The notes beneath the pieces were generated by a model. The model ran no database searches, was not told the DNA's origin, and saw only the letters and a program-made list of their open reading frames with translations. This document shows positions 45,975 to 57,479 of a stretch of DNA of 64,000 bases, in pieces. Every line of letters begins with the position of its first letter. Position 1 is the first letter of the stretch. Source of the DNA: Zancudomyces culisetae HAW-14-8 (Eukaryota > Fungi > Kickxellomycota). The stretch lies in the NCBI GenBank assembly GCA_052426225.1, contig JBNJNM010000011.1, forward strand, positions 4,712,001 to 4,776,000, in the 5' to 3' direction. A program made the position numbers and the translations under genes.

Positions 45975-46602
45975 CCTTATATATCTTAATATATTCGCGG
46001 ATTTAGAATCTCCCTGTTGCTGGATTAACATTAATACCAACTGTTTATGTTGGGATTTGCGTATACAATTCTAAGCAGCAACAATATACCCGCTAGGTGG
46101 AATTAGCCATTCGTTTGCGTATATGCATTGTTAGGCTTAGGAAAGAAGAACTGAGCGGTACAACTAACTTTCACAATTGTAATAAATACAATCACAAACG
46201 CGATCACAACTACAAGTTGTGACTACGAATACAAGTATACATACAACTTAGATCAGGAGCGCTTATAAACCCTAAATTTTGTATTTTCGGTAACATTAAC
46301 GAATTTTTAAATCCAAAACTAAAACACACAAAGCAATAAACTCTGGTTTGTGTCAAGGGTTTCCTGCAATTATAAAAGTTATACTGGATAGAAATAATAA
46401 CTTGATAAAAGCTGTGAAATTTAAACTAGAAAGCACAAGGAGATATAAATAACATAATAGTATTCACAGTATTTTATAATACATTAAACAGTAAGCCAGG
46501 AAGAAAAGGCGGGAACAAAGGTGTTTCGTACCAGAAAAGGCTTAGTTCAAACATCTATAGAGATACAACAACTTTAAAGCACAAGCAGTTAAATAAAAGA
46601 AA

Positions 46603-49600
46603 ATGGTCAAGATAAAGGGAATGAAAGGGCGGCTGAAGAGGTTTTTTGATAAAGACAATGGAGATCGAGTAAGAACAAAGATGGCGTCACTGCCATCGAG
46701 AAAAGTGTATCTAAACTTGATAGTGCCTGATGGAGAACGAGAGTTGCATAAAGATCGATACTGTACAAATGAGGTGTTTACAGCGCAATATACACTATTT
46801 TCCTTTCTTCCGAAAAATCTTTATCAGCAATTTAAAAGAGCGGCAAATCTGTACTTTTTAGTACTTACTACTATACAACTAGTTCCAAAATTTGCGATAG
46901 GGCCACCAGCCTTGGCGGTACTGCCACTTGCAAGTGTACTGATACTGACGGCATTTAAGGATGCGCTGGAGGATTGGCGGCGACATGTAAGTGACCGGAA
47001 AACAAACAGTGCAAAGGCACGGATAGTGAGGAACTGGAAGAATGAGAATATATTTGAAGACGAGGCAGATCGTCGTCGAAACGGACTGATGTCAAGGGTA
47101 TTTATGCGGAAAAAGATGTCCATGCCAAGGTTTTGGATGGATAATAAGTACAACGAGATTAAAGGACGAGAGCCAGAGGTGGTGGAATCCACATGGAAAG
47201 ATATAAGAGTGGGTGATATAGTTGTGCTAAAAAATGGAGATCAAGTGGCAGCGGATATGTTGATACTTTCAACAGCACATGAAGATGACAGTTGCTATGC
47301 GGACAGTAAGGATTTGGACGGCGAAACTAATCTAAAAGCGCGATATTCGCTGAAAGAGTTTCGTAAATATAAAGGCGCAGATGGAGCAGCGCGATTAAGG
47401 GCAGTGGTTGAAACTGATCCACCAACAGAAAACATGTACTCAGCTAATTGTGCAATAACAGTATTTCCAGAGCATGGGGGAGAGCCAAAGGTGGTGTCAG
47501 CAGGGTTGACGAACTTACTGCTGCGAGGGATGGTGCTGCGCAACACAGAGTGGGTGGTGGGGTTAGTTTTGTATACAGGGAGGCAGACAAAAGTAATTTT
47601 AAATTCAGGCTCGCCACCATTTAAGCGTAGCAAGCTGGAGCGGATGATGAACAAAATGGTGATAGTGAATTTTATTACATTGATGGTTTTACTGATTACA
47701 GGGTCAACAATATCAGTGGTACTATTTAATACGTGGTTAACAGGAGATATAAGAGATTTGATCGTTGGGAACACAGAATCAGCCATGTCATACTTTTTTT
47801 CAACAGTGCTAGCAACGTTAGTTTTGCTTCAAAACATTATTCCGATATCACTTTATATAAGTATAGAAGTAATTAGAATAGTACACGCATATTTCATCTA
47901 TAATGACGTAAATATGTACAATGCCGAGCGAGATGAACGATGCGTGCCTAGAAATTGGAGTATTTCCGATGATATGGGCCAAATTGAATATATATTCAGC
48001 GACAAAACAGGTACCCTTACACGAAACCAGATGGATTTTCGAATGTGCTCAATCAATGGAGTTATGTATGGAAAACAGTTGCCAGGCGATGAATTGGATG
48101 TGGTAAAGGGTATGAAGGCACAAGAGTTACTTGAAGAGTTGAATGCGCTAGAAACGGAGGGGGATTTGGAGTATGGAGGTGATGATATTGGAGGTATTGG
48201 GGGTATTGGAGGTATTGGAGGAGGAAACAGTAGCGGTGGCGGTATTGGTGGTGGAGGTGGAGGTAGTAGGTTTAATAGAACAATGGGTAAAGATGAGGAC
48301 AATAGCGAACATATAGGAATGCAGTCAATGGATGGTAAACAATCCAAAGCTGATGATAAAGATATAGAGTACGAACGAAAACTGCAGATTGAAAAATATG
48401 TAAATGAAATGAAAAAAGTATTTGACCCAAGATACGTCAATTTGGACGATGATAATAGTGGAAACTATTCGTTTGTGGATGAAAGAATATTTCGAGACAT
48501 GCTAGCAGCAAACCTAATAGAAGATAGTAAATACAATCAATGGGCAAGCAAGAACGAGCAAGCAAAACAAATCGATATGTTTTTGATGTGTATGTCACTA
48601 TGTCATACAGTTCAAGTAGAAGCAGATATAAACAAATTAACAGCAGATGATAATGATGAAAGTGAACATGTGGTAATAGATGAAGAAAAACAGGAGGGTA
48701 AATTAGGATCATCGATCGGAAAAAGATGGCCATTTAATAGTAGAACACACAGCAGAAACACAAGCCAGAACCCTAGTTTAATATCAATGGGAAAGAAAAC
48801 ACACAATAGAAACAAAACTGTCAGTAGTGGAGTTTTGAATTTGCTTTCAGGACAGGGTGATTCGATTACACAGCCTACATCGGTTCGTAGTTCATCAATA
48901 GCTAGTGAAAGAAGTTCTAATGATATTAAGTACTCAGCTGAATCACCAGATGAAGCAGCGCTAGTGATTGCAGCACGCAACTTGGGACATACATTTGTTA
49001 GTCGGATTCGAGACAAAGTGATGTTAGATATGCGTGGATCAAGCCATGAGTTTACAGTATTAGCAACATTGGAGTTTAATTCAACACGCAAACGGATGTC
49101 AACAGTGATACGACGACCAGCACCATGGAACGATATAGTGATATTTACAAAGGGGGCGGATTCAATAGTGTTGGATTTGCTTAGACCAGTTGATGAGCAT
49201 GAATCAAATGAAAGAATGCGAAGAAATCAAACAAGTAAACAAATAGATGCATTTGCAAATGCTGGACTAAGAACATTAGTATTGGCATATAGAAAAGTTG
49301 ATGAACAAGAGTTTGAAAAATGGATAAAGAAATATGAAGCAGCAAAAGCGAGTATGGGAGAAGATCGAGAACAACAAATAGAAGAGACACAAGCAATGAT
49401 TGAGCATAGCTTGGAGTTGATAGGAGCAACAGCAATTGAAGACAAGCTACAGGAACAAGTACCTGAATGTATTGCAGCATTAAGATCAGCGTCTATCAAG
49501 ATATGGGTGTTGACAGGAGACAAGATGGAGACAGCAATTAATATAGGATTTGCGGCAAATCTGTTGGCACGAGATATGGAGTTGTGGAAGTTGGATGGGC

Positions 49601-51270
49601 GGGGTAAGACACGGGAGTCGATACTGGCAAAGTTTTGGTTGATTAGTAAGATGGTTAGGGAGTCGAACAGAGGAAATGTGCAGTTTACGCTACCAGAGGA
49701 GGTTACCGGCATGACGCGACACTCACTGAGTATTATGATAGATGGAGAAGAAGGGGATACGGAGATCCATGGACAGCGGAGAGTGCCGCTGGATCTTAAG
49801 GAGGCAGATATCCTAACAAAGATATCGCACCGGGTAGGTAAGGCAGTAAACAACTTCAAGCTGGAGCGAACCGGTCCAGCAGCTAGGCCAAGTTTACTTG
49901 ATTTAGGTGATTCCCTATCGGTTCTCAACGAACCAATCCAATCAGCCGACGTCGACACTAACAAAATTATCCGCAAAAATATCAAGAATGCCAAAAAGGC
50001 CAGAAAGAAGAATCTACGACTAAATTCCGAATCTTTTATGGAATCACCAACAGCCCCTTCTTTCTTCCGGTCGCCATCCGTTCCTCTAGCTGCTATTTCT
50101 GATTCTCATCACAAACCCACCCGCTATTCCCGCTCTCTCTTTGCTGAAAATACATCAATTAAGGATCCTCCCTCTCAGTTTCCCAATGCTCTTGCTCTCG
50201 ACGGCTCGGCTCTCGATGTTATTTTGAAAGACCAATATGCCGCTGAAGAGCTTGTACAGTTGGCTCCGATCTTTCGTTCCGTTATTTGCTGCCGTGCCTC
50301 TCCACTGCAAAAGTCCCAGGTCGTCAGCCTGATCCGCAAAGGTCTCAGCACCCTAACTCTGGCCATTGGTGATGGTGCAAATGATGTCAGTATGATTCAG
50401 GCTGCAAATGTGGGTGTTGGTATAAGTGGCGTTGAGGGAATGCAAGCTGCCAACTCTTCAGACTATAAAATTGCTCGCTTCCATTACCTTCAAAACCTGT
50501 TGTTAGTTCATGGTCTCTTCAACTACCTACGTTTTAGCGAAGCAGTTATGTACTTCTTTTATAAAAATATCATTTGGGCTCTTGCTCCCTTCTGGTATGG
50601 CTCTAGTTGTCTCTTCTCTGGCAACCTTCTCTTTTCCTTCATCTACATCCAAACCTACAACCTCGTTTTCACCCTTTTTCCCGTCTTCTTTCTTGGAACC
50701 ATCGACAAACCATTCAACTACAAAACCGCTATGCTTTACACTGGAACATACCGTCTCGGAATCCGCAACGCCTATTTCTCTTACCGTCGCTTTGCCATGT
50801 ATGCCCTCGACGGTTTCTACCAAGCCGCCGCCATCTTCCTCGTATTTTTCCTCTTTACCCTTTCCTATCCCGTACTTTCTTCTGGCAAAATGTGGTCTAT
50901 CGCCAACTTTTCCACTGGAATTGTTGTCACTATTATCATCTGCACCCTTATCACCGCCTTTATTGACTCGTATCAGTCAAACTATTTCATGATCTTTGTG
51001 GCCATCTTCTCAGTTGCCAGCTATTTTGCTATTGGTCCACTTGGTGCTGCTCTGAACCTTGACCCTACTCTTGAACAGCCTTTTAGTTTCTACCAAGAAG
51101 TTTATGCCTCACCTGTGTTTTGGCTCTCTGTTTTCATGGCCACTCTTCTTGCTGTTCTTCCTCGCTTCTTGTTTACCTATTACTCTCGTGCCTTAAGGCC
51201 CAAGGATATTGATGTTGTTCGTGAAATCAAAATTCTTAAGCGACCATGGTATGGCCAGGTCAGCACTTAA
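46603..51270 (+). CDS. P4-ATPase phospholipid flippase, Dnf1/Dnf2-like (copy 1)
   Basis: 1555 aa; DLDGETNLK, QNIIPISLY, Dnf1/2-type CVPRNWSISDDMGQIEYIFSDKTGTLT, ESPDEAAL, EFNSTRKRMS, WVLTGDKMETA, GDGANDVSMIQ. Confidence 0.95.
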   Translation: MVKIKGMKGRLKRFFDKDNGDRVRTKMASLPSRKVYLNLIVPDGERELHKDRYCTNEVFTAQYTLFSFLPKNLYQQFKRAANLYFLVLTTIQLVPKFAIGPPALAVLPLASVLILTAFKDALEDWRRHVSDRKTNSAKARIVRNWKNENIFEDEADRRRNGLMSRVFMRKKMSMPRFWMDNKYNEIKGREPEVVESTWKDIRVGDIVVLKNGDQVAADMLILSTAHEDDSCYADSKDLDGETNLKARYSLKEFRKYKGADGAARLRAVVETDPPTENMYSANCAITVFPEHGGEPKVVSAGLTNLLLRGMVLRNTEWVVGLVLYTGRQTKVILNSGSPPFKRSKLERMMNKMVIVNFITLMVLLITGSTISVVLFNTWLTGDIRDLIVGNTESAMSYFFSTVLATLVLLQNIIPISLYISIEVIRIVHAYFIYNDVNMYNAERDERCVPRNWSISDDMGQIEYIFSDKTGTLTRNQMDFRMCSINGVMYGKQLPGDELDVVKGMKAQELLEELNALETEGDLEYGGDDIGGIGGIGGIGGGNSSGGGIGGGGGGSRFNRTMGKDEDNSEHIGMQSMDGKQSKADDKDIEYERKLQIEKYVNEMKKVFDPRYVNLDDDNSGNYSFVDERIFRDMLAANLIEDSKYNQWASKNEQAKQIDMFLMCMSLCHTVQVEADINKLTADDNDESEHVVIDEEKQEGKLGSSIGKRWPFNSRTHSRNTSQNPSLISMGKKTHNRNKTVSSGVLNLLSGQGDSITQPTSVRSSSIASERSSNDIKYSAESPDEAALVIAARNLGHTFVSRIRDKVMLDMRGSSHEFTVLATLEFNSTRKRMSTVIRRPAPWNDIVIFTKGADSIVLDLLRPVDEHESNERMRRNQTSKQIDAFANAGLRTLVLAYRKVDEQEFEKWIKKYEAAKASMGEDREQQIEETQAMIEHSLELIGATAIEDKLQEQVPECIAALRSASIKIWVLTGDKMETAINIGFAANLLARDMELWKLDGRGKTRESILAKFWLISKMVRESNRGNVQFTLPEEVTGMTRHSLSIMIDGEEGDTEIHGQRRVPLDLKEADILTKISHRVGKAVNNFKLERTGPAARPSLLDLGDSLSVLNEPIQSADVDTNKIIRKNIKNAKKARKKNLRLNSESFMESPTAPSFFRSPSVPLAAISDSHHKPTRYSRSLFAENTSIKDPPSQFPNALALDGSALDVILKDQYAAEELVQLAPIFRSVICCRASPLQKSQVVSLIRKGLSTLTLAIGDGANDVSMIQAANVGVGISGVEGMQAANSSDYKIARFHYLQNLLLVHGLFNYLRFSEAVMYFFYKNIIWALAPFWYGSSCLFSGNLLFSFIYIQTYNLVFTLFPVFFLGTIDKPFNYKTAMLYTGTYRLGIRNAYFSYRRFAMYALDGFYQAAAIFLVFFLFTLSYPVLSSGKMWSIANFSTGIVVTIIICTLITAFIDSYQSNYFMIFVAIFSVASYFAIGPLGAALNLDPTLEQPFSFYQEVYASPVFWLSVFMATLLAVLPRFLFTYYSRALRPKDIDVVREIKILKRPWYGQVST
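47896..49679 (+). repeat. left arm of a 1,784-bp inverted repeat (partner 60763..62546)
   Basis: Line-by-line reverse-complement comparison: identical except 48637/61805 (L/V), 49095/61347 (synonymous) and 49560/60882 (synonymous); paired coordinates sum to 110442. Confidence 0.97.
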
Positions 51271-51367
51271 CTTATTTATGTTCACCCTCTTTTTTTGTCA
51301 GTTAATTTATTTATTCACTCATCTATTAAAATTCTAGACTAAGTTTAATAAAATTACATTTTTCCTT

Positions 51368-53101
51368 TCACTTGATATAACCAAGGCGCCATTTCCATAC
51401 AGAAAAGTATACCGAAACCGCGACCGTCAGCGCCGCCAAAGTAGTTTTGGAGGCAAGATTGAAAAGCAATCTTCCACCGTTATATCCGCCAAAAGTCACT
51501 AACTGTCGCAACCGTACTGGCCATCCACGCAAGATGCGGTCGGAAATTCCACAAGCAGCCAAGCGCTGGGTGGCAAGGAGTGAAGGTAAGTCGGTATTGG
51601 ACACAAACTGGGCCTCAATGTATAGGAGTTTATGATCCGAGAATGCAAGGTCGGTGTTGTACATGGCAGAATGGGTGATATCGAGGTGTCGTACAAATGT
51701 CCAGTCGACTTTTGCACGCATTAGAGTGCCGTGGCTACTGATTGTGTGGTCTGATGATGGGTTGAACGGTTCAAACCAGTCCAACGTAATACTCTCATCT
51801 ACCTCAAGACTAGTATTGGTATTGGTATTGGTATTGGTATTGGTATTGGTATTGGTATTGGTATTAGCATTAGCATTAGCATTAGCATTAGCATTAGCAT
51901 TAGCATTAGCATTGGTGTTGGTGTTGGTGTTGGTAATACTTGGTGGTTTTGTAACTGTTGAAGTTTCCATGTATGTGTTTGTAATTGTGGGTATATTTTG
52001 CTTTTGAAATTGGCTTTGTTTTGGCTGCTCAAACAACCAGGCATATGCTCTACGTACGCGTGCCACCCACCCACCGCCAACTCCACCACCAACTCCACTT
52101 CCACTTCCACTTCCACTTCCACTTCCACCAACGTCAACACCATTCACACCAACGCCATTCCGTACAACACTCAAGCCTAACTTCTCTTTACCATAAGACC
52201 GTGGATACTCCTCCAGATACCTCTCCAAGATGGAACGTACCCGCCACGAAGGGCCAAATGCATGTCTTAATACATATACATACCACCATTCAGCTTCCGC
52301 AAAACATACAGACCGGTACCGGAACGCATCGGTGCAATGAACTGGTGATACACGCGCAAGTGCATGTCCAAATGTATTGAAGTACCCGCAAATCAGCTGG
52401 CGAGAGTACCCACGGGCAACCCACTGTGTACTGGCTGTAACTACATCGTGTAGTTGACCGAGACGACCAAGAAGCCCTGCAAAACACTCAAAATGTACGT
52501 TAAAAACGACAAGGTTTCCACTATCACCACCATTGTCGCTGTTGTTTGATTGGCATGATATATAGGTAGGGATACGGAGTGCGGCAGCTAGTATGTACCG
52601 CGTACCAACACGCGGTTCATGAAGATGAATACCATCCGAATCCCAGTTATATGGTTGGTGTACATGAGCCGTACACTCCACATTTACAAAATCAAACTTG
52701 GTCAAAATGGCGTTTCCGTGGACACCACCACCTTGTTGTATTTGTGATCGTAGTGGCGAGGAAAGTTCCTGAAACTCGGTCACAAACGCCCCATTCATTT
52801 GCAACGCTGCTGTCAGTGCTGCAAATTGGTCAATACCACCTGACCTCGCATTATGGATGTCCAGTTCTTGGAGACATAAGATGTCGGCGTCCAGTTTGAG
52901 TAGTTGGTCCACGATTGCAGAGAAGTGGTACCCGCGTTCAATATTAAACGATACGCATTTGAGCGGTCTTGATCCTACTTTTTTTTTTTTTTCTTTTTTA
53001 AAAGAGTCTTTTTCTAGTTGCGTTTTTTCACGACAATCAAGAAATACCACAGTTCCTGGTATATACTTGTTGTAGGTTGTGTTTGTTATTTCTACGTCCA
53101 T
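51368..53101 (-). CDS. endonuclease/exonuclease/phosphatase (EEP) family protein with C-terminal hydrophobic anchor; one catalytic Asp appears as Tyr
   Basis: SFNIERG, DADILCLQELD, HGNAILTK, NVHFE, G[Y]FNT, KVDWTF, SDH motifs. First ATG at 53101 (MDVEIT); tail TTLAALTVAVSVYFSVWKWR. Confidence 0.85.
   Translation of the reverse strand: MDVEITNTTYNKYIPGTVVFLDCREKTQLEKDSFKKEKKKKVGSRPLKCVSFNIERGYHFSAIVDQLLKLDADILCLQELDIHNARSGGIDQFAALTAALQMNGAFVTEFQELSSPLRSQIQQGGGVHGNAILTKFDFVNVECTAHVHQPYNWDSDGIHLHEPRVGTRYILAAALRIPTYISCQSNNSDNGGDSGNLVVFNVHFECFAGLLGRLGQLHDVVTASTQWVARGYSRQLICGYFNTFGHALARVSPVHCTDAFRYRSVCFAEAEWWYVYVLRHAFGPSWRVRSILERYLEEYPRSYGKEKLGLSVVRNGVGVNGVDVGGSGSGSGSGSGVGGGVGGGWVARVRRAYAWLFEQPKQSQFQKQNIPTITNTYMETSTVTKPPSITNTNTNTNANANANANANANANANTNTNTNTNTNTNTNTNTSLEVDESITLDWFEPFNPSSDHTISSHGTLMRAKVDWTFVRHLDITHSAMYNTDLAFSDHKLLYIEAQFVSNTDLPSLLATQRLAACGISDRILRGWPVRLRQLVTFGGYNGGRLLFNLASKTTLAALTVAVSVYFSVWKWRLGYIK
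51812..51934. repeat. compound coding hexamer microsatellite (ATTGGT)n(ATTAGC)n(GTTGGT)n encoding NT/NA repeats
   Basis: Directly visible inside the EEP ORF; a (CCACTT)n Gly-Ser run also lies at about 52094-52128. Confidence 0.9.
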
Positions 53102-53489
53102 TATCCTCTTATATATTTTCAAACCCTTTTGTTTCTATGGACTCTGGTTAAAGTGAGCCTAAAAAATTCGACTAGAAAAAAGAAGAAAAAAATATAAAAA
53201 AAAGGAGATAACACGAATTGGTTGGGTGCTACCAAGTAAAAAAAGTATACCTGTTGAATGATATGATCTATGAGCTTTCCCTCCCTCTCTCCGTGTTTTT
53301 TGGGTCGTTTTAGAATCGTCAAAATATACCTTTATCTGAAAGTGATTTTCAGCCTGAATTGCCTCTTCGTGTTGTGTTTTGTGTCTTGTCTTGTTTCGCG
53401 GTATTATTTTTTTTGTTCTTATTTTTAGTATTTTTTTACTTTACAATTCCAAACTATCAATTTTTGTTTTATCGTTTCTCCCCAGCACT

Positions 53490-53540
53490 CTCTTGCTCTT
53501 ACTCTTGCTCTTACTCTTGCTCTTACTCTTTCTCTTACAC
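53490..53540. repeat. imperfect (TCTTGC/TCTTAC)n pyrimidine-rich repeat
   Basis: tcttgctcttactcttgctcttactcttgctcttactct in the intergenic region upstream of the EEP gene. Confidence 0.75.
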
Positions 53541-54445
53541 TTTCTCTTTCTCGCTTTCACTTATGGCCTGTCACTGTTATAGTATTAGTTATTTATCTGT
53601 TTACTTGTTATTTTTTACTAAGGTTTACTGTTACATCATGCTTTTCATGTGGTTTAGAATCTAAACTTTACTCATTATCTCTCTCCCCCCCTCCTCCACT
53701 TAAAAAACAAGAAAAAATGCATAAAAAATTACACCCACGTGAATATTTATCCAATAAAGAATTTTCTTTGCTTCATCATCCCTTCTCATGTTTTTCCTAG
53801 TCCAATCCAAACATTGTACCCATGTATTTGCACATATACATTTTATTTTTTTTGGTTTTTTTTCTCCATAATGATGGAAATTGGATAGGTGGATTTAACT
53901 GAACCCGAGTTTTAAATGATTCTGGTTGGCTTTTGCAAGAAAATGCTTTTAGCCTAGATCACATTGCCTTTTGTACTATTTACTCAGGTAGCTTGCCTCC
54001 ACCACTTCCCCTCTCTCATATCTCCATTTTTCCTTTTTGTTCATATCATTATGTTCCTCAAACACATACGTATAATGAAACTGGTAAACAAAGTGGATCT
54101 GCTATGCTTTTTATCGTTCTAAAATCAGTATTCAAATTTGCAGTGCACAAATATCTGATGAATGAATCAGTCATATAATATCAACTATCTAATTTAATTT
54201 ATCGATCAGCAGTTGTTTTTTTTTTTGCCTTTTTCGAATCAATATCAATATAGTATCAATAAAATAAAAATGGAAAATAAAAACTGCCAAATAGGAAAAA
54301 CGCTCAGCATTTACCATTTATTTTTACTTCTGGTATATCACTTTCCTGTCAATATAAAAGATCGATTTACAGTTTGTATATCTCGGTACTTCGAATTTAC
54401 TGAATCCAGACAGATTTTACTCGATCGTTTTGTTACCTACCAAAA

Positions 54446-55192
54446 ATGAATTATTCAAAAAATATGTCCAAGATCTTGGCATTCAATTCTGCCAAATTAC
54501 TTTTGATGTCAAAGGCCGCTTATTCAAGTAAGTCTTTTTTCTGCTTACATATTACTTTTCATTATAAAGAACTCTTACTCTCTTCTGTTTAAACTGGAGA
54601 AGCAAGAGAAATGTTCACCGGTTGTTACAAGTAAATTTGCAATTCATACTATTGCATACACATTCTCTAAATATTTTTTTTAAGAAAAGTAAAATGCTAA
54701 ATAAATAAATGAATATATATAGACTCCGCACAATCCACAACCAAATGCTTATTCGAAGCGCTGCGTTCCGATCTGCTTACATCTATGCGCGCCAAGGATA
54801 CCGAAAAATCCACCGTAATACGCGCTCTACTCTCTGACATCACTTACCACGAAAAGGATAAATCCACCAAGAACTTTGCCAAAACAAACGACAGTTGTGT
54901 CATTCCGATACTTCAGCGGGCCCAGCAGAAACGATTCGAAGCAGCTGAAATCTTTGAGCGCGGAAACCGCGCAGAGTTGGCTGCTGCTGAGCGTGCACAG
55001 GCCGCCATCATTGCTGCGTACCTGCCAACCCCGCTCTCAGATCCTGAGATAGAGACCCGCATTGACGCTGCTGTTGCAAAATGCGGTGGTTCTGTGAAGA
55101 ACCTTGGGGATATCATTAAGAACATTGATATCGACTTTGTAGCTACCCCTAAAAACAAGGTGTTGGAGCTGGCCAGAAAAAGGCTTTCATAA
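54446..55192 (+). CDS. AIM41: YqeY/Aim41-family protein, probably mitochondrial; exons 54446-54527 and 54723-55192
   Basis: LFEALRSDLLTSMRAKD...VIRALLS.I...KR.EAAEIF.RG.RAELAAAER...IAAYLP is a YqeY pattern. A GTAAGT...TAG intron (54528-54722) joins in frame to an acid-free, Lys/Ser-rich presequence-like exon (MNYSKNMSKILAFNSAKLLLMSKAAYS). Confidence 0.8.
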
Positions 55193-55890
55193 ATTATATA
55201 CTTAACCTTTCATATACATTTATATATGGTGTTGTCACTAATGGTATTGGTAGAGTTTTTATTTTTTTTTTAACTTGTGATTTATCTGTCAAATATATGT
55301 TTGTATACATTCCTAGTATTAGGAACTATAGACGGTGAGAAAAAGTAATATTTCTTTGTCTTTTACTATGAGCTTTTTATCTGCCGAGAAAACCTCTCTC
55401 ATTAGTGTGGTGGTGGTGGTGGTGGTGATAGTTTTAGGTATAGTTTAATGACTGAGAAGAAGAAAAGTAACAAAGCCTACATTACAATTAACTAATTCAT
55501 CGATTATATAATTTTATAACCAAATTGATAAGCTAGCATTTAGTGTATTTCGAACATTGTCAATAGAAATATTATGCATATTTTGTTAAACAGAGCATGG
55601 AATTCATATCTAGAATAATCCGTGTTGTAACCACAATCTACTACAACGAATTATTGTGTTTTTGGAATACTCTATCGACAAACTCTATTAATGCTATGCG
55701 TTGAACAAAATCATATTTACATTCTAAAGCTATTATACAATCTATTTTTCCTTCCACCTTTTAATGCTAGTGCTAAGACAATAATTATAATATTTCTATA
55801 CTTTATGTCTAAAAAAATCATCTTGAAAACATTTTAAACCGTATTCCCTACTTTACAGAAAGAACAGCAATATATTACTGACTGTAGACC

Positions 55891-56326
55891 ATGAACTCAA
55901 AATATTACCCAGAGAAGACAGTACAAGTACTCACAAGTTTTGTGGCATACCTTAGCCTGTAAGTACACCGACAGACTAAATCGCCTTACTTTGATATGTA
56001 TATGTATATTATACACTTGTATCCAGTAGAAAAGTTCGCTCTATATTCAAACTAAACTCAATTATAGTAAACATCGTCCAGATGCAGAAGTGCTAATATA
56101 TGATGCAGCAAATACAAAGTTGATACACTTCAAAGTTATGAAAAACTGTACAATCCACGAACTATTTTTCGAATGTTACCCTCACGCACCAAAAGAAATT
56201 ATATTTAGAAATATAGTTACTGGACAGGTAATAAACCCGACCCATGCCCTGCTTACACAGTTGGTGTTGAAAGAAAATGAGTCAGAGCCTGAGAGGCTTA
56301 TATTACAGGCGACTTTACCTAGTTAG
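55891..56326 (+). CDS. small two-exon orphan (108 aa), possible ubiquitin/SUMO-like fold; exons 55891-55958 and 56068-56326
   Basis: A GTAAGT...CTAAAC...TAG intron joins phase 2 in frame: MNSKYYPEKTVQVLTSFVAYLSLKHRPDAEVLIYDAANTKLIHFKVMKNCTIHELF...IIFRNIVTGQVINPTHALLTQLVLKENESEPERLILQATLPS. Confidence 0.55.
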
Positions 56327-56638
56327 ACATTTTATAGTTTTATATCCTGCTTGTCTTTGTTTAGTCATCTTTTATCTCACGCTATACAAGCGGACTTTGT
56401 ACGCCTAAAAATGCAAAATCGCCGCCAATTGAAAATCAGACGATTTACACTTCCCTAGCCACATGAATAAATTTCAACTGGATTGGAATTATTTCCGTCT
56501 TTTTCGTTTCCTATTTACTTTTGCATATAACTAATGCTAAATTGTTTCAGTTATTCCCTGTTTTTTTTTAACTTTGCGGTTAAAAAAAGAGAAGATAAGA
56601 AAAGAAATAGGATTACCCAAGATATATAGTGCAACACG

Positions 56639-57135
56639 ATGGTTTCGACTCTAACAGCTGTACAACGAACAAATATACTAGCTCCTTTACTACAAAAGGG
56701 CTGGAAAATGGTTGAAAACCGAGATGCGATATCCAAAATCTTTATTTTTAGTGGCTTTAATGAGGCATTTGGATTCATGTCTAGAGTAGCACTCAAGGCA
56801 GAAAAAATGGATCACCATCCAGAGTGGTTTAATGTAAGTTTTATCTGATTATAACATCTACTCTCGTGCATTATATCCAACACAATTATATTTTATTTTT
56901 TTCTCCATCAAACATTGAGCATTTAGACATCGTGCGCAAAGTGAGATTCTAATTACCTCAAAAAGTAGTGTTCATTTCTTTATAACTCATAAACTAACTC
57001 CATAACGCACATCACTTTAACCCGTAGGTTTACAATAGAGTTGAAATCACCCTTTCAACACACGACTGTCAAGGATTGTCCCAACGCGACGTGGACCTCG
57101 CATCTTTTATTGAAGAAATCAATTTAGCCGAATAA
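56639..57135 (+). CDS. pterin-4-alpha-carbinolamine dehydratase (100 aa); exons 56639-56833 and 57028-57135
   Basis: [38 protein letters not shown]|[29 protein letters not shown]; canonical GTAAGT...CTAAC...TAG intron. Confidence 0.94.
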
Positions 57136-57479
57136 CATGGTATTTTGTATCTCTACCTTCTACTTTAATGGCAGAAGATGTGGTTTTACTCACATGATTA
57201 GTCTGTATTGCGAAGGTTTTTTTTTTTACTTTTTGAACTAGTGTGCAATATATGAAATAAATGCTTTCAAATTGTATCATAGTTTACCCTTGAATTTTAT
57301 GCAAGAATATACATATATATAAAAGTATTCAAAACGACCAGAAAATAAACCAAATTATAGTATTAATTCCCATTGAGCTATATGTCCTGTCCATACTTAG
57401 CTTTAAAAGCTTTGTACTTATACGACTTCGAGGTGACACGAACACGACTTAAACTACAAAGTATCCACAAGGGAGGGTT

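Noticed and set aside
41535-46602. 5-kb gap between the divergent Sec7-like gene and flippase 1; looked for hidden genes, tRNAs and transposon ends
   Set aside because: Only short low-complexity ORFs, poly-A/T runs and a 6-bp stem (CCTCCG/CGGAGG near 44374-44413); nothing supportable.
47898-49994. Antisense and alternative-frame ORFs mirrored at 60718-62544
   Set aside because: They are shadows of the flippase coding sequence, duplicated only because of the inverted repeat.
53119-54449. Several hydrophobic Phe/Leu-rich ORFs of 60-100 aa
   Set aside because: They arise from T-rich and repeat-rich intergenic DNA, mostly with non-ATG starts.
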